Assembly: GCA_018399335.1 (NCBI GenBank)
Contig: JAGYNM010000001.1
Coordinates: 119-64,118, forward strand
From: Bacteroidales bacterium
GTDB taxonomy: Bacteria > Bacteroidota > Bacteroidia > Bacteroidales > F082
Reading direction: 5' to 3'
Length of the DNA stretch: 64,000 bases
Shown: positions 61,317 through 64,000 of the stretch, in pieces
Layout: each line of letters starts with the position of its first letter
Position numbering within the stretch: position 1 is the first letter of the stretch
The notes under the pieces: generated by a model
Database searches by the model: none
Told to the model about the DNA's origin: nothing
Seen by the model: only the letters and a program-made list of their open reading frames with translations
Made by a program: the position numbers and the translations under genes

Positions 61317-62996
61317 CTAATCTGCTTTGAGTTTCTTATATCTGATACGCGTTGGCCCTTTATCGCCCAGCCGTTTGCGTTTGTTTTCTTCATATTCTGT
61401 ATAGCCTCCTTCGAAGAAATATACCTGCGAGTCGCCCTCAAAAGCAAGGATATGTGTTGCCACACGATCTAAAAACCAGCGGTCGTGCGAGATGATAACT
61501 GCACAACCTGCAAAGTTTTCAATTCCCTCTTCAAGTGCACGCAGTGTATTTACATCAATATCGTTGGTTGGCTCATCAAGTAACAAAACATTGGCTTCCT
61601 GTTTTAGCGTGAGTGCAAGGTGCAGCCGGTTTCGTTCACCACCAGAGAGCACACCAGCCTTTTTATTTTGATCTGTTCCGCTAAAATTAAAGCGTGAAAC
61701 ATAAGCTCTGGAATTCATGGTTCTGTTACCCAGCTTGATTTCATCATGTCCGCCAGAAACTATTTCGTAAACACTTTTCTCGGGATCAATATCAGCGTGA
61801 GCCTGATCAACATATCCGATTTGAACAGTTTCGCCAATTTCAAAACTACCCTTATCAGGCTTTTCAAGGCCCATCATCAGGCGGAAAAGGGTTGTTTTTC
61901 CGGCTCCATTTGGACCGATTACACCAACAATTCCTGCGGGTGGAAGACTAAAACTGAGATTTTCGTAAAGCACCTTATCGCCATAAGCTTTCGAAACCTG
62001 ATTAAACTCAAAAACTTTATTCCCCAAACGAGGTCCATCGGGAATAAAAAGCTCGAGTTTTTCCTCTTTTTGTTTGACATCTGCATTGAGCATTTTCTCG
62101 TAAGATGACAAACGCGCTTTCGATTTTGCATGACGTGCTTTAGGAGCCATTCGCACCCATTCCAACTCCCTTTCGAGCGTTTTACGCCTTTTGGAGGCAG
62201 TTTTTTCCTCCTGCTCCATACGTTTTGTCTTCTGTTCGAGCCACGAAGAGTAATTACCTTTCCATGGAATGCCCTCTCCCCTGTCGAGTTCGAGTATCCA
62301 ACCAGCAGCATGATCCAGAAAATAACGATCGTGAGTTACTGCTATAACTGTTCCTTTATATTGCTGCAAGTGCTTTTCGAGCCATTCAACAGATTCAGCA
62401 TCCAGGTGGTTGGTGGGCTCATCCAGCAACAGAATATCCGGCTCGCTGAGCAGCAAACGACACAAAGCCACCCGGCGACGCTCACCACCTGAGAGGTTTT
62501 TTATCGGCGCGTCACCTTCCGGACAGCGCAAAGCATCCATTGCTCGCTCCAGCTTGCTATCCAACTCCCAGGCATCTTTCTGCTCGATCAGATCTGTCAA
62601 ACGGCCTTGCTCTTCAATAAGTTTATTCATTTCATCATCAGAAAGTGGCTCCATAAACTTATTGTTAACCTCCTCATAAGCCTTCAGCAAATCAACCACT
62701 TCCTGCACTCCTTCTTCAACGACCTCGCGCACTGTTTTTGAATCATCCAGCTCCGGCTCCTGATCAAGCATACCTACCGAATAGCCCGGCGAAAAAACCA
62801 CCTCGCCATTATAAGACTTGTCTTTTCCGGCAATAATTTTCAACAAAGTAGATTTTCCGGAACCGTTCAGGCCTATGATGCCAATTTTAGCTCCATAGAA
62901 AAATGAAAGGTAAATATCCTTTAAAATCTGACGGGAAGGCGGGATTATTTTACTCACTCCCACCATTGAAAAAATAATTTTTTTGTCGTCCGACAT
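61317..62996 (-). CDS. ettA: Energy-dependent translational throttle protein EttA (ABC-F ATPase)
   Basis: 559 aa. Two ABC cassettes: GLNGSGKST and GPNGAGKTT Walker A motifs, two LSGGE(R)RR signatures, and an arm/linker typical of EttA. Confidence 0.9.
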   Translation of the reverse strand: MSDDKKIIFSMVGVSKIIPPSRQILKDIYLSFFYGAKIGIIGLNGSGKSTLLKIIAGKDKSYNGEVVFSPGYSVGMLDQEPELDDSKTVREVVEEGVQEVVDLLKAYEEVNNKFMEPLSDDEMNKLIEEQGRLTDLIEQKDAWELDSKLERAMDALRCPEGDAPIKNLSGGERRRVALCRLLLSEPDILLLDEPTNHLDAESVEWLEKHLQQYKGTVIAVTHDRYFLDHAAGWILELDRGEGIPWKGNYSSWLEQKTKRMEQEEKTASKRRKTLERELEWVRMAPKARHAKSKARLSSYEKMLNADVKQKEEKLELFIPDGPRLGNKVFEFNQVSKAYGDKVLYENLSFSLPPAGIVGVIGPNGAGKTTLFRLMMGLEKPDKGSFEIGETVQIGYVDQAHADIDPEKSVYEIVSGGHDEIKLGNRTMNSRAYVSRFNFSGTDQNKKAGVLSGGERNRLHLALTLKQEANVLLLDEPTNDIDVNTLRALEEGIENFAGCAVIISHDRWFLDRVATHILAFEGDSQVYFFEGGYTEYEENKRKRLGDKGPTRIRYKKLKAD

Positions 62997-63035
62997 ATAT
63001 TTGATTATTAGTTTAATGACTTATTTACTGAACAG

Positions 63036-63043
63036 CAAAATTA
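63036..63043 (-). promoter_or_regulatory. Candidate -7 box (TAATTTTG) for ettA, mirrored at 63158-63165 on the plus strand
   Basis: Exact TAnnTTTG on the minus strand, 40 nt upstream of the ATG at 62996. It lies within the 18-mer AAAGATTTGTAATTTTGC (63035-63052, minus strand). Confidence 0.4.
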
Positions 63044-63204
63044 CAAATCTTTTTACCCTTAGGTATTATGAAGCAAATCTTTAAAGCTCACATTTAAACG
63101 CGTTTAAATGTGAGCTTTAAAGATTTGCTTCATAATACCTAAGGGTAAAAAGATTTGTAATTTTGCTGTTCAGTAAATAAGTCATTAAACTAATAATCAA
63201 ATAT

Positions 63205-64000
63205 ATGTCGGACGACAAAAAAATTATTTTTTCAATGGTGGGAGTGAGTAAAATAATCCCGCCTTCCCGTCAGATTTTAAAGGATATTTACCTTTCATTT
63301 TTCTATGGAGCTAAAATTGGCATCATAGGCCTGAACGGTTCCGGAAAATCTACTTTGTTGAAAATTATTGCCGGAAAAGACAAGTCTTATAATGGCGAGG
63401 TGGTTTTTTCGCCGGGCTATTCGGTAGGTATGCTTGATCAGGAGCCGGAGCTGGATGATTCAAAAACAGTGCGCGAGGTCGTTGAAGAAGGAGTGCAGGA
63501 AGTGGTTGATTTGCTGAAGGCTTATGAGGAGGTTAACAATAAGTTTATGGAGCCACTTTCTGATGATGAAATGAATAAACTTATTGAAGAGCAAGGCCGT
63601 TTGACAGATCTGATCGAGCAGAAAGATGCCTGGGAGTTGGATAGCAAGCTGGAGCGAGCAATGGATGCTTTGCGCTGTCCGGAAGGTGACGCGCCGATAA
63701 AAAACCTCTCAGGTGGTGAGCGTCGCCGGGTGGCTTTGTGTCGTTTGCTGCTCAGCGAGCCGGATATTCTGTTGCTGGATGAGCCCACCAACCACCTGGA
63801 TGCTGAATCTGTTGAATGGCTCGAAAAGCACTTGCAGCAATATAAAGGAACAGTTATAGCAGTAACTCACGATCGTTATTTTCTGGATCATGCTGCTGGT
63901 TGGATACTCGAACTCGACAGGGGAGAGGGCATTCCATGGAAAGGTAATTACTCTTCGTGGCTCGAACAGAAGACAAAACGTATGGAGCAGGAGGAAAAAA
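63205..64000 (+). CDS. Mirror copy of the ettA 5' portion (first about 265 codons), running off the window. Probably not a real second gene.
   Basis: ATGTCGGACGACAAAAAA at 63205 is the exact reverse complement of 62979-62996. The whole segment is the palindrome arm. Confidence 0.4.
   Translation, partial: MSDDKKIIFSMVGVSKIIPPSRQILKDIYLSFFYGAKIGIIGLNGSGKSTLLKIIAGKDKSYNGEVVFSPGYSVGMLDQEPELDDSKTVREVVEEGVQEVVDLLKAYEEVNNKFMEPLSDDEMNKLIEEQGRLTDLIEQKDAWELDSKLERAMDALRCPEGDAPIKNLSGGERRRVALCRLLLSEPDILLLDEPTNHLDAESVEWLEKHLQQYKGTVIAVTHDRYFLDHAAGWILELDRGEGIPWKGNYSSWLEQKTKRMEQEEK

Larger units (their letters stand above)
62201..64000. repeat. Perfect spacer-less inverted repeat (palindrome), arms at least 900 bp, symmetry centre between 63100 and 63101, truncated by the window edge
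   Basis: Base p is the complement of base 126201-p everywhere I checked: the centre CATTTAAACG|CGTTTAAATG, the outer ends 62201-62240 versus 63961-64000, and identical ORF-track translations 62410..62679(+) = 63522..63791(-). Confidence 0.95.

Noticed and set aside
62201-64000. Reading the terminal palindrome as a genuine second ettA gene, or as an IS or transposon inverted repeat.
   Set aside because: The arms are exact mirror images with zero spacer, and they consist of ordinary gene and promoter sequence. No transposase or target-site duplication is present. A fold-back artefact is more parsimonious, with a hairpin telomere less likely.
1-64000. Search for CRISPR arrays, transposases, integrases, toxin-antitoxin pairs, restriction-modification or other known defence modules.
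   Set aside because: I saw no regularly spaced direct repeats, and no ORF has recognisable signatures of these families. The window reads as core chromosome.

Overview
The window looks like a Bacteroidota chromosomal segment. Evidence: a SusC/SusD pair, a 287-aa RpoD, recurrent TAnnTTTG -7 boxes, and low GC by eye. Content is mostly housekeeping and central metabolism. From left to right:
- SUI1/YciH tail, a TPMT-like methyltransferase, an MscS channel and an S9 peptidase.
- A non-classical glycogen cluster: GDE-type debranching enzyme, GT4, GH57, and a fused GT3 synthase/GT35 phosphorylase.
- pepD, an orphan receiver, rpe, rpoD, pnp and rpsO.
- A tightly packed carotenoid operon: crtI-crtB-orf172-idi-crtZ.
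- Outer-membrane proteins, ptrB, a TonB-dependent receptor, a CbpA-like J-protein and a PspC module.
- icd, citrate synthase, yjbQ, a cNMP-binding HisKA protein, acpH and iorAB.
- An M23 peptidase, a SusC/SusD locus, two histidine-ammonia-lyase paralogs flanking a thioredoxin, hisS, a WbuC cupin, a nitroreductase, an NhaD-like permease and ettA.

I found no rRNA, tRNA, CRISPR array, transposase, integrase or recognisable defence system, so I cannot point to a convincing new system.

Two anomalies dominate, and both look technical rather than biological:
1. Seven discrete islands are dense in frameshifts. They ignore gene boundaries and hit the normally essential hisS.
2. A perfect, spacer-less palindrome with arms of at least 900 bp (62201-64000, centre 63100/63101) mirrors the 5' half of ettA and its promoter at the right edge.

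The most unusual biological observations are:
- a FliG C-terminal-like domain fused to the GH57 enzyme;
- the GT3-GT35 synthase/phosphorylase fusion;
- an unknown ORF embedded in a carotenoid operon that contains no cyclase;
- a cNMP-binding HisKA protein with a degenerate ATPase domain;
- an identical 18-mer promoter element upstream of two unrelated genes.
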